19,251 bases of DNA from positions 170,009,384-170,028,634 of the forward strand of contig JANKJI020000004.1 in NCBI GenBank assembly GCA_024626585.2. The letters run 5' to 3'. This stretch comes from Ginkgo biloba. Taxonomy: Eukaryota; Plantae; Ginkgophyta. Made by a program: the position numbers and the translations under genes. Of the stretch, positions 9,184 to 19,251 are shown in pieces. Position 1 is the first letter of the stretch. Each line of letters opens with the position of its first letter. Below the pieces are notes generated by a model, which saw only the letters and a program-made list of their open reading frames with translations, was not told where the DNA came from and did not search any database.

Positions 9184-10842
9184 TTCGCCGCCTCATAGGC
9201 GAGTTGATGTCCTCTTGTGCCTTTTATCTTTCGCGAANNNNNNNNNNTCTCCACACTCTCCTTGAAGTTGGTAACGAGAGAGTGATAAAGGGAGCCCCCA
9301 AGTCTAAATTGAGGATTTTAGATCTTCGCAAAACAAAAAATGAAAAGGCAAAGTATTTTGCTTTTTGGTCCCTCCATTGAAAATAGAGATTTTGTAAATT
9401 CATTTTTGCTCTATATTTTAAGCAAAGCCTTTTCATTTTCATTGTTTTATTATCTCCAACTCTCTATTGTTACTCATCTTCTAGGAAAAAAAAGGTGGGA
9501 TATGACTTTTTGGCTTGTGTAGATGTCTTAGAAAATCTATGAGTGCCTTACCATTCACTTGTGTTAGAGGCTTCAACTTATACCACATAACATTGTATAA
9601 ATGCAACTATATCGAGCCTACATCCTTCCCTTGTATTTTTAGGAGAGTTAGAGTTGCTTTATGGTTGATTATTACATCATCCTACCACTCTATCCAACTC
9701 AAATCTAGTAAAAGCAAATATTATTAGTGCCTTTGAATGTGGAGGATTGCTTCAATGCCAACCATTAACTAACACAATGAAGGAGCTCAACAATGGTAGC
9801 TTCATCACATCCCACCTTGAATTTATAGGCCCACTCCAACCATGGTAGAATTTAAATCCAAAATACAAATGACATACCAATTTGCATATAATTCCTTATT
9901 TGCACCTATTCACCAATTTTAATCTTCCTCTTAGGTTTAGATTCATCTCATTCTTTCAATATATTGAAGATATTTCAGATCAAACTACTAGTGTTTAATA
10001 GATCAATTGTATTTACATGCATTTGAATTCGATGTGTTTAGGTTTTCCTTTAACATATTTCCTGCATTGAGTTCCACCTACAATTGCTCTGTTATGCTTG
10101 CATAAATTAAAGTGACAATCACCCAAAAATATCTCAAAATAATTTTCATTGAATTATTTCCTTTACACTTAACTTTGGATGACTTGTATGTTTTCCAGTA
10201 GGTCTTCTTTCTTTGGATAACAATAGTAGCTAGAAGGACCTTTGGCTTTAGCAACATTATGTTGTGTTATTAGGCTTATTGATGGGTTACTCTATTAACT
10301 ATGTTAAGTTGTAGGGCATTGTAGGGATCTTTCCTAGGTTAGGAATTATTTTCTCTTTGGTTTACCACCACATCTAAGTCAGAGGTTCCCTCACATTTTG
10401 TTGGGTTAAGAATCCTTACCTTATATTGACAAATCAACCAACACCCTTATATACAATACTTTGATAAATTCATCAAAATGAAACTTGAAAAAAAAAATGG
10501 GAGTTTTTTTTACAACAAAATACCCATAGTATTGGGTATGTGTTGTGAAGTCTCCTCATTTGCATCTACATTCAATAGTTACTTCTTTATGCCACTTGAT
10601 GGTAAGTTCTACGAATTTTCTAATTGTGGTGATGTTGTATATGGAAGTCTCCTTCAACCAGCTTTAGGATATGCATTAGTATCTTCCCCTTTAACCCCAC
10701 TAATCCCATAAAAAATCTTTTTGATCAAATGCCTAAAACTTATTAATATGAGCATAATTGTAGAGATTTAAGTGTGCCTTTACAAAGATTTAAGCATGTC
10801 TTTTAAGAAATAGTGTCCAACTCACTACTAGTCAAAGTTTAT

Positions 10843-10938
10843 GACATTAACCATGTTGATGGCAGTAACATGACTTTTTATTTAGGACATTAAACATGTT
10901 GATGGAGGTAATAAAATGACTTTTTGTTTTCAAGGACA
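10843..10938 (+). repeat. ~43-bp tandem duplication
   Basis: gacattaaccatgttgatggcagtaacatgactttttatttag / gacattaaacatgttgatggaggtaataaaatgactttttgttttcaag-gaca. Confidence 0.85.
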
Positions 10939-10975
10939 AACTTCCTTTCTTATAGGTTGACTCATGTGTACTTGC

Positions 10976-11410
10976 TATTATGACCCTAATGGGTGTTAAT
11001 TAGTAAATAATTAATATTATAAGTTTATACAACATTAGATATTAATTAAAAGATAAATTAGCAATTATGGATATTAACTTAGGTGAAGGGTCACATGATG
11101 AATAGATGCCTCTTAGTAAAGCACCGATTGACTTTTTGTGCTCTACATCGAGGCCATTATCAACCCATTTGTAATCTCATCAAATTGTTATCTCTTACTT
11201 CTTCTCTCTTTTGAGAAGACCATTTATATTTTGGAAATTAGGTTTTCTCAATATAGATGGTATATTATAGTTAGTAGGTTCCCCACACCCTTCTCTTCTC
11301 TAATTATTATTCTTCCTAAATTGTTATATATTATTTATCTATGAAATAGTTAAATCATCTATATTATTTAGTAGTTTCCTTTTTGGGTCACTATAAGTGG
11401 TATTAGAACC
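10976..11410 (+). mobile_element. Old 420-bp 5' LTR and tRNA-iMet primer-binding site of a Gypsy element
   Basis: The terminal inverted repeats TATTATGACCC (10976-10986) and GGGTCACTATA (11385-11395) match at 9 of 11 positions, with TG..CA decayed to TA..TA. They are followed by AG and TGGTATTAGAACC (11398-11410), a deaminated form of TGGTATCAGAGCC. Confidence 0.7.
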
Positions 11411-11438
11411 TTAACAATCCGAGACCCAAGAAAAGTAT

Positions 11439-12020
11439 ATGGTATGGACAAGACGACAAAAAGGAATAGAAGGAAAAATCCCATAATAATATGCCACCAC
11501 ATATGAGAGATTAGATTCCAAGATCAATGATATGGATAAAAAATTGGATAAAAATATAAATGTATTGAATGGCAAGGTAAAGTACATAAAGGGAAATATA
11601 AAGGAAATAAAAGGCAAAGTAATAAAATATAATTGACCATCTTAGTTTAATTCTCGAATGATGTGGTGCATAGCCAAAAATAATTATCAAGATTTCAAGT
11701 GATAGAACACTTATGTACCAAGAAAAATATGACACCTAGGAGCTATAAAGGGTAACTAATGAGAACCAAGGGTAGGTCATTTATGGAAGTAATATAAGGA
11801 TTGGGTATAACTTAGTGATAAAAATTCTCAACTATAACTTTGATGGTCCCATTAAAACATATAAATTGGTTAGTGATATAAAAATAGCCTATGATTAGAT
11901 GGGATTAACTGAGTAAATTGAGAAAGTACTAATAGTTGTTTACTATATGGAAGGGCCCACTCAAACATGGGGAGTAATATGGTGGGAACTGAGAAATTCC
12001 ATGAGAAAATCATTTTAAAG
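11439..12020 (+). mobile_element. Degenerate Gypsy gag (capsid) downstream of the PBS
   Basis: The candidate start is MVWTRRQKG at 11439. From 11836 it reads NFDGPIKTYKLVSDIKIAYD*MGLTE*IEKVLIVVYYMEGPTQTWGVIWWEL, fitting the Retrotrans_gag pattern FDG...EKV.....YMEG.A..WW. Confidence 0.65.
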
Positions 12021-12249
12021 GTTTATCTCAAATTGTTTCTAAAGGGTAGATTGAAATTGGAATGAATCACACAACATTCAACTCACTCANNNNNNNNNNN
12101 NNNNNNNNNNNNNNNNNNNNNNNNNNNNNNNNNNNNNNNNNNNNNNNNNNNNNNNNNNNNNNNNNNNNNNNNNNNNNNNNNNNNNNNNNGGACAGCCATC
12201 TAACAATAATCAAAATTACTCCTTAAAGATGAAACTTTCAAAAACACAC

Positions 12250-13080
12250 ATAAGAGAGGAGGGATTGGAATGTAAGAGTACACCACCTTCTTAATTTTTT
12301 TCATTTCATTCATCTCCAATATAAAGAGGGTTACAACAAATAGAATCTAAGATTCCTTTCTTAAGTCTAGTGCCAAATTCAACCTAGACTCATATTTATA
12401 TTTCATTTGATATTTTCATTTATTAAGGACTCTCCATGGTTCTTATGCAACAACAAAGAAATCTTGGAAGCCTACATATTTGTTTAATAGCAGGGATGCA
12501 CTTCATTGCTCTTCATTAAAGGATGCTAGAGATGGCCTTATGGGTTATTTATTTGCTTATGGAGCATTGGTAAGATCTTGACATTTAACAACAAAGATTG
12601 TTACTCTTCTAGATAAGAAGGCTCGACTTGCAAAATAGTGATAGTCTTCTATACAAGTCTACTTAAAACTACTTACAAGAAATATTAAATTAGGTTATAG
12701 ATGATGATGAGCATTGAATCACACTTATTATAGCATTGCATCAAAATAGTGATGGAAAGTTTAATAACGTTTCTAGAACAACAATATTTAGATAATTAGT
12801 TGGTAAAATTTGACACAAACATGACATATTGTGCCTGAAACAACCATGCATTGTTTTTGGTCTAAAAAGCCCTGAAAACAAGACAGGCAAGGATGGAAAT
12901 CAATAACAAAAAATAGAATGATGATGAATGGTGATAAAAGGGTTACGAGGAAGCACAAAATGGAGGTTGTTGCTGTTGAAAAGGCTTCTCCAAATGTAGG
13001 GAACTCCTTCCCCAATAGAACAAACTTCCTTTTGAGCCCTGAAAAACTAAAAAACTTCCTTATGCAACTTTGTCCTTTAA
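12250..13080 (+). pseudogene. Highly decayed fragment resembling Myb-binding protein 1A / DNA polymerase V (Pol5)-like gene
   Basis: The core at 12522-12587, DARDGLMGYLFAYGALVRS*HL, matches the remembered plant MYBBP1A motif EARDCLLGRLFAYGALARSGRL. Weaker collinear blocks occur across frameshifts: EEGLECKSTPPS, IKRVTTNR, GLSMVL, TTKIVTLLDKK, TLIIALH and CLKQP/MHCFW. The boundaries are approximate. Confidence 0.55.
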
Positions 13081-13099
13081 AAGAATTGAAGGCGGACTG

Positions 13100-13191
13100 C
13101 TCCTAGCACTTGAGAAGAAGAAGAATGGGCCATTCTGATTATGCATTGATTATAGGGCACTAAATAAGATCACCATAAAAAATAAATTCCC
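13100..13191 (+). mobile_element. Ty3/Gypsy reverse transcriptase N-terminal fragment
   Basis: LLALEKKKNGPF*LCIDYRALNKITIKNKFP matches the canonical KKKDGxxRLCIDYRALNKxTIKNKFP. It runs into gap 13192..13290. Confidence 0.92.
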
Positions 13192-13290
13192 NNNNNNNNN
13201 NNNNNNNNNNNNNNNNNNNNNNNNNNNNNNNNNNNNNNNNNNNNNNNNNNNNNNNNNNNNNNNNNNNNNNNNNNNNNNNNNNNNNNNNNN

Positions 13291-14362
13291 NAAGATAACA
13301 TTTTATAATGAAGGCCATATATGGGATAACCATAGGAATGGATAACATAGGTGCATAAACTAGGGAGCATATAATGGAAATGCATGTGTGTACTCATGAG
13401 TTGTAAGAAAGAACTATAATGGTATAAAGCTCAATGAGAGATAAGAAATGTATGGACTATTTGCACAAATGGGGAGGAAAATACAAAGGTGTAAAAAATG
13501 GCAATAATGCTATTTATAAGGGTTATGAACTTGTGGAATCCTTGTGTGGATTTAATTATTTTCTTATATTAGATAGAATTTTTTTTTTCTTTGTTGGTTT
13601 TTTCCTTATATGTCACAGTCTCCATCATTCATAACTAGAGGACTCCTTACACAAATAGAGTCCTCTCTTTATATGTCTTCAATTGCATCAATGGCTACAT
13701 GAGCTTAGCTCTACATGTGAACTGCTCCATTTTGGAACCATAACTCATATATTTAAGAGATACTTAGACTTTATATTTAATACATTATATTGTTAATGTC
13801 AAGTTGTTACTCTATCTAATTTGTGACTCTACTCTTACTTTCTCTTACTTCTATATTTTCTCTCTTTTAGATTCTCTTGCTTAGATTTTTCCTTGGAGAA
13901 TCTAGTTATTGGAAGTTAGACTTTTCTTATTGCAAGTTGAAGAAGTTAATGCTAGTTTTTTAACCTTAAACCACACATAGAGTTTCACATGTGCAGATTA
14001 GACGAAAGTTAAGTTTTTGAGCTTTAAAAAAACTTGTTGTGTTAGGAGAAATCTATAGTGTGTAGTACATGAAAATTCTTAACATGATTGAGAAACCTGC
14101 AATGCATCTACAAAAACTTGTGTTCTTACTATAAAATTCCATGCCTTTTACCTTGAGAGAAATTTTTGAGTCTTTGGAGAAATTTTTTGACTTTAGATCA
14201 CGACAACTAGAGTAACCCAATGTAGTAATAACCTTTTGAGTAGTTGAGACCAAATATAATGATGTAATTCTTGAGTAATCGTAGATTTCTCATTTTCTTC
14301 TTCATCTTTTAGGATTCTTACATTAAAATCCATATTCAATATTACATAAACGGTATCAAATA
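13291..14362 (+). mobile_element. Possible old LTR ending near 14346 with a degenerate iMet PBS
   Basis: ...ATTACA is followed by TAAA and CGGTATCAAA (14351-14360, compare TGGTATCAGA). A TATA-like CTATTTATAAG lies at ~13510, and gag-like sequence follows downstream. The left boundary is unknown. Confidence 0.35.
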
Positions 14363-15002
14363 TGTATGCTCTTTAGGTGAGAATTTTTTATTCGACATTT
14401 TTATCCATTTTTTTCTTTTGATTTCTTCTATGGTTAATAAAATATCTATATTAAGGACTATAGGCTGGAGTATGTGGATTCGAGTTGATTTAAAGCAAGA
14501 ATAGATAGAGACTATAATGCCTTAGACAATATTTTTATAGTAGGGATAGCCTCCAAAGATGAGAAGGACCAACTGAGTTAATTGGAAGAGTACATTGAGG
14601 GTACTCTTGAACACAAGTTGATTAGATGTATATGGTGACCTATCAAATGAGGAAGGAATGATAGGAGATACAAAGAATGATGAAAAGTTCTTAAGGCTCA
14701 AATCCAAGCCCAAATTTTAGTGTCAAGTGTACTACTAATGGTAACAACCAACATAATTGGTTTAGTACTCTTTTCCTCCTATTTCCTCTTTTGTTACTAC
14801 TATTATGTTATATAATTCTTCTTATACTTCTAAACCCTTTTCACATGGAATCTAAAGAAGATNNNNNNNNNNNNNNNNNNNNNNNNNNNNNNNNNNNNNN
14901 NNNNNNNNNNNNNNNNNNNNNNATTTATAAGTCTATTACTATTGCTAACCATACTCTAATATGTAAAATATTATTTTTACCTATTTGAATATGTTCTAAA
15001 AA

Positions 15003-15149
15003 GATTTATTATGGGAATTTTATTGCAAGGAAAGAGAATAAGAACAAAAACCCCCAATCACATCATGGTTAGATTATAAAAAGTAACTTAGACATAAATT
15101 TTAGCCCCTTGGTTATGATAAAGAGTTATAAGTCAAGTGGAAACATCTA
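15003..15149 (+). mobile_element. Degenerate Gypsy gag fragment (second element)
   Basis: DLLWEFYCKERE*EQKPPITSWLDYKK*LRHKF*PLGYDKEL*VKWKHL fits the WWE...PIxSWxxFKxxLRxxFYPLGY...KWxHL gag pattern. Confidence 0.75.
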
Positions 15150-15566
15150 CTATGATCTATTTTTGGATCCAAAGGAACAAAAAATATTGGGAATACATGG
15201 ATGGAGGGACAATGCATATACTATGTCAGTCAATAAAAGAGAATAAACTATGTTGCTATTTTTTTTGGAAGATCAAGTGTTAAAGGTTCATGAGGAGTAA
15301 ATAAAGAATGTTTAACAAAATCTTGGAGGATGAAAATACCCAACAATAGATAATGAAGTTAATCACTATTAGTGAATGATATAAATATAGGCCTGTCGAT
15401 GATATTAGATGGTGTAAAACTAGTTCATCACTAATGGATAATGGAGTAATGATAGGATCATCATTATTGATATAATATGTATAAGTAATGTTGTGTGTTT
15501 AGAGGTCAAGAAATGACAAAGATAGAAATTTGGGGGGAAATAAATCTCTTTGTATTGGTGTTAAAG

Positions 15567-15647
15567 AGTCTCATTATGATGGATATGGAAGGAAGTCTCA
15601 TTATGATAGAGGTGGAAGGAAGTCTCATTCTAATAGAGAGGAAGAAG
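15567..15647 (+). repeat. 27-bp tandem repeat, 3 copies
   Basis: agtctcattatgatggatatggaagga / agtctcattatgatagaggtggaagga / agtctcattctaatagagaggaagaag, starting at 15567, 15594 and 15621. Confidence 0.9.
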
Positions 15648-15879
15648 CAAAAAAACACTCTGATAAATACATAGACGATGAAGACATATAATGATAGTTA
15701 AATTATGAGATGGTTCAACTACTTCCAACTATTATAGAACTAAAATAATGCTTAAGGAAAGAAGGTTGAAAGAAAAAATAATTGGAGGAGAAGAGGGTGA
15801 CTTAGAGAGAGAATAAGGGGAGAAGTAAATTGAGTTTTTCCAAAAATATAGTGTGGGAAAGAGATTAGAGGATGGGAAC

Positions 15880-15980
15880 AAAAATCACACTAGATGTGAG
15901 GAGAAATTTTCTTTTTTATTGTGCAAATCCCTGTGAATGACACATCATGAATAAAGGCATAAGTGCAATTGATATAAACC
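15880..15980 (+). mobile_element. Possible decayed Gypsy gag C-terminal zinc-knuckle-like segment
   Basis: DVRRNFLFYCANPCE*HIMNKG/*VQLI* loosely fits the remembered ELRRKxLCFxCxxPWxPGHRCxGKGQVHxIE. Confidence 0.3.
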
Positions 15981-18769
15981 TTATTTAAGATCATTANNNN
16001 NNNNNNNNNNNNNNNNNNNNNNNNNNNNNNNNNNNNNNNNNNNNNNNNNNNNNNNNNNNNNNNNNNNNNNNNNNNNNNNNNNNNNNNNNNNNNNNNNNNN
16101 NNNNNNNNNNNNNNNNNNNNNNNNNNNNNNNNNNNNNNNNNNNNNNNNNNNNNNNNNNNNNNNNNNNNNNNNNNNNNNNNNNNNNNNNNNNNNNNNNNNN
16201 NNNNNNNNNNNNNNNNNNNNNNNNNNNNNNNNNNNNNNNNNNNNNNNNNNNNNNNNNNNNNNNNNNNNNNNNNNNNNNNNNNNNNNNNNNNNNNNNNNNN
16301 NNNNNNNNNNNNNNNNNNNNNNNNNNNNNNNNNNNNNNNNNNNNNNNNNNNNNNNNNNNNNNNNNNNNNNNNNNNNNNNNNNNNNNNNNNNNNNNNNNNN
16401 NNNNNNNNNNNNNNNNNNNNNNNNNNNNNNNNNNNNNNNNNNNNNNNNNNNNNNNNNNNNNNNNNNNNNNNNNNNNNNNNNNNNNNNNNNNNNNNNNNNN
16501 NNNNNNNNNNNNNNNNNNNNNNNNNNNNNNNNNNNNNNNNNNNNNNNNNNNNNNNNNNNNNNNNNNNNNNNNNNNNNNNNNNNNNNNNNNNNNNNNNNNN
16601 NNNNNNNNNNNNNNNNNNNNNNNNNNNNNNNNNNNNNNNNNNNNNNNNNNNNNNNNNNNNNNNNNNNNNNNNNNNNNNNNNNNNNNNNNNNNNNNNNNNN
16701 NNNNNNNNNNNNNNNNNNNNNNNNNNNNNNNNNNNNNNNNNNNNNNNNNNNNNNNNNNNNNNNNNNNNNNNNNNNNNNNNNNNNNNNNNNNNNNNNNNNN
16801 NNNNNNNNNNNNNNNNNNNNNNNNNNNNNNNNNNNNNNNNNNNNNNNNNNNNNNNNNNNNNNNNNNNNNNNNNNNNNNNNNNNNNNNNNNNNNNNNNNNN
16901 NNNNNNNNNNNNNNNNNNNNNNNNNNNNNNNNNNNNNNNNNNNNNNNNNNNNNNNNNNNNNNNNNNNNNNNNTTACCATGCTATCTTGCAACCATGTAGT
17001 TCTAAAAAGGGTCATTTTTATCCCTAGTCTAAATGAAACATTATTAGTTCATCTTGAAAGAATTTTAATACTTTTTTAGCCTCTTAGAGACAAGGATACC
17101 CATCCATAGTACTCCCATATGTTAGATAACTCTCCCATTATCCTAGATAACCACACAACCTTCTACACTATGTCATAAAGAAGCCATTCATACATGACAT
17201 TTTGTAGTTTCTCTTACCATTGGCACCCCCTCACCATGTTTGCTTAAACCTTTTTGTGTTCTCTGAGAGGCCCATAATTCACTTATGACTTGGAGGAATT
17301 TGTGTGAACCTCATGGTGATGCAAAATCCATATAGAGGCTACCATGACCTCGTGGCCTACAATCGACTNNNNNNNNNNNNNNNNNNNNNNNNNNNNNNNN
17401 NNNNNGTACCTTTTAATTTTTTTTATCCCTCGATTGCTAGAAATCAACCCATGTGATTGTAGATTAGCCTTTGAAGGAGTTTATATCATATTTTTAATCC
17501 ATTTATTACGTTTTTATTCTTAGTATATTTTACAAGAGATATTTCTTATAGAATCTTATTTTTTCTACTACTTAGAAGGATGATGGGTCCAAAGAAGGAA
17601 TCAAAACCAACTTTTGGTAATCTTACTATAAAGGAGGGCTATGAGGATATTATTCATTAATATAATACGAATATACATCATATGTAACACCTATTATAAT
17701 AGTTGAATGAAGCTATACAAACTCAATTTCTAGCTCTTATGTACAAGCAAGTTTTTCCTTCCATTTAGGAAAAGGAAATATTGGTGAACAAGCATGGGGA
17801 CGAGATACCACAAAATTATTCTTATAAAAAACCTATTATGGTAGCAATAAGTCACTTGATAAAAAGATAAAAGAAGGTAGATTTTATTATAGATTAAGAA
17901 CTTGAAGACAAAACACATTCAATCAAGAACAACATTAATGATACCATGCAAGCAACACTTGAAGTAAAGAAACAAGATATGAATCTTATGGAATTTGAGT
18001 ACTCCAACAAAGGAACTATGGTGGAGCTTACTTAATCTTCATCACCTTAGAGGATATTGCTATATCAACAAATTNNNNNNNNNNNNNNNNNNNNNNNNNN
18101 NNNNNNNNNNNNNNNNNNNNNNNNNNNNNNNNNNNNNNNNNNNNNNNNNNNNNNNNNNNNNNNNNNNNNNNNNNAAAAGAGCCTTGGGTGTATTCTCATG
18201 GGACCTTTTGTTCACTTTGTATTCTTGATGTATTATTGCACTTGGAATAGAGAGAGCTATCTTATGTCCAAAGTCTTGTGAATGTTATTGCTTTAATTTA
18301 TCTTGGAATCTTTGATTAATGTTGATAAATCTTAGTAACTAAATCTCCATGTGTGCATAGGATGCCATCTAAGAAATTTTATAGGTGATTTGATAGATTT
18401 ATAGGACAAGTGTGGATAATTTTTAAGCTTTATTAGAAGGTTCATATCTCAAAAATTATTTTTTGTGTTCACGATTAAGTTGTAGAGTGCACTATGTTTT
18501 TACACATGATTACTGTATTTTATTCCACACAAATACAATACCATACAAGTGCATGCTATAGATTCACACATCGGTATAGTATTGAGAAAATCACACTCAC
18601 TTATATGGTGGTAGAATTTTTTTATACATAGAATAATAGTTGAGCATACAATTTGATAGAGGGTTGATTTCTAATGTTACAGAGAGTACATAAAGTGGCA
18701 GAGAAGATTACCCCCTTGGATTCTATCATATTCCTCTACATACTTTAATAAAATCCTCCAATACTAAGA

Positions 18770-19251
18770 GGGTACATAAAACATCACACTCCACCTCATC
18801 GATAAATTAACTCAAAATATAGAACTTGAATTTGCACTGGAAGGTGACTTGAAGCTCTGCATCCTTTTACAACCAACCCAATGGGTATGGTTCAGTGTGT
18901 GCAATAATCTTTAAGCCCAATTTCCTTACCAACGCTTTAGATATCAAATTATTTTGGCTAATTGAATCAAATATGGTCATTACTATAGTCTTATTGATCT
19001 ACATATTTACATGGAATGACTTCTCTCTTGTAATATTTACCAACTTCTTCTTGGCAACATCAAACAAATCTTTATTTTTAGCAGGAATAAAAGTTTCATT
19101 AACTTTGGATTTGCCTTTACCTTCACTTGCTAAGGTATCACTTTCAAATTTTTGTTTATCCATCAAAGGGAATTTCTCATCAATGTATAATATGCCTTCA
19201 ATCTATTTTCCTTGCACCATTATGGATTAAGACATGAGGAATATTTTATCA
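18770..19251 (-). mobile_element. Ty3/Gypsy gag-protease junction and aspartic protease, degenerate
   Basis: ...ITREKSFHVNM*INKTIVMTIFDSISQNNLISKALVRKLGLKIIAHTEPYPLG/WL*KDAELQVTFQCKFKFYILS*FIDEVECDV. The catalytic DSG is mutated to DSI (18968-18960). It continues past the window end. Confidence 0.9.

Noticed and set aside
9008-9380. Plus-strand ORFs overlapping the PPR 5' end
   Set aside because: They are antisense to the PPR N-terminus and leader in a GC-rich, stop-poor stretch, cross a gap, and have no recognisable domain.
9822-9860. Minus-strand LPWLEWAY resembling a Gypsy integrase motif
   Set aside because: It is too short, and the flanking sequence shows no supporting integrase motifs.
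13637-13666. Hairpin AGAGGACTC-N12-GAGTCCTCT
   Set aside because: It is a 9-bp stem inside probable LTR debris, with no evidence of function.
15981-17015. 344-aa ORF and the other X-rich ORFs in the track
   Set aside because: They consist almost entirely of N gap, so they are artefacts of missing stop codons.
17579-18074. Stop-riddled former ORF starting MMGPKKESKP, possibly a gag N-terminus
   Set aside because: It has no diagnostic motif, so it cannot be assigned without a search.
18895-19230. 111-aa hydrophobic plus-strand ORF
   Set aside because: It is the antisense shadow of the minus-strand Gypsy gag-protease relic.

Overview
AT-rich, heavily gapped eukaryotic plant scaffold; the retroelement types and decay pattern suggest a gymnosperm-like genome, which is an inference. 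The only intact host gene is an apparently intronless minus-strand P-class pentatricopeptide-repeat (PPR) gene (9183->7430, one gap). It has a transit-peptide-like N-terminus and 11 complete plus 1 cut-off 35-aa repeats, and resembles the At5g61990-type mitochondrial PPR family as recalled from memory. The main observation is that the ORF stops at a frameshift inside repeat 12, and the next ~1.1 kb (7440->~6360) still reads as roughly 7-8 decayed PPR motifs. The gene therefore looks like a truncated survivor of a ~940-aa ancestor. The rest of the window is LTR-retroelement debris: a Copia RNase H with PPT and 3' LTR, a chromoviral Gypsy integrase/chromodomain with PPT and LTR, and older Gypsy LTR/PBS/gag/RT/protease relics. 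It also holds a probable decayed MYBBP1A/Pol5-like pseudogene fragment and several short tandem and inverted repeats. I see no CRISPR array, RNA gene or novel multi-gene system. All homology calls come from remembered motifs, not from database searches.
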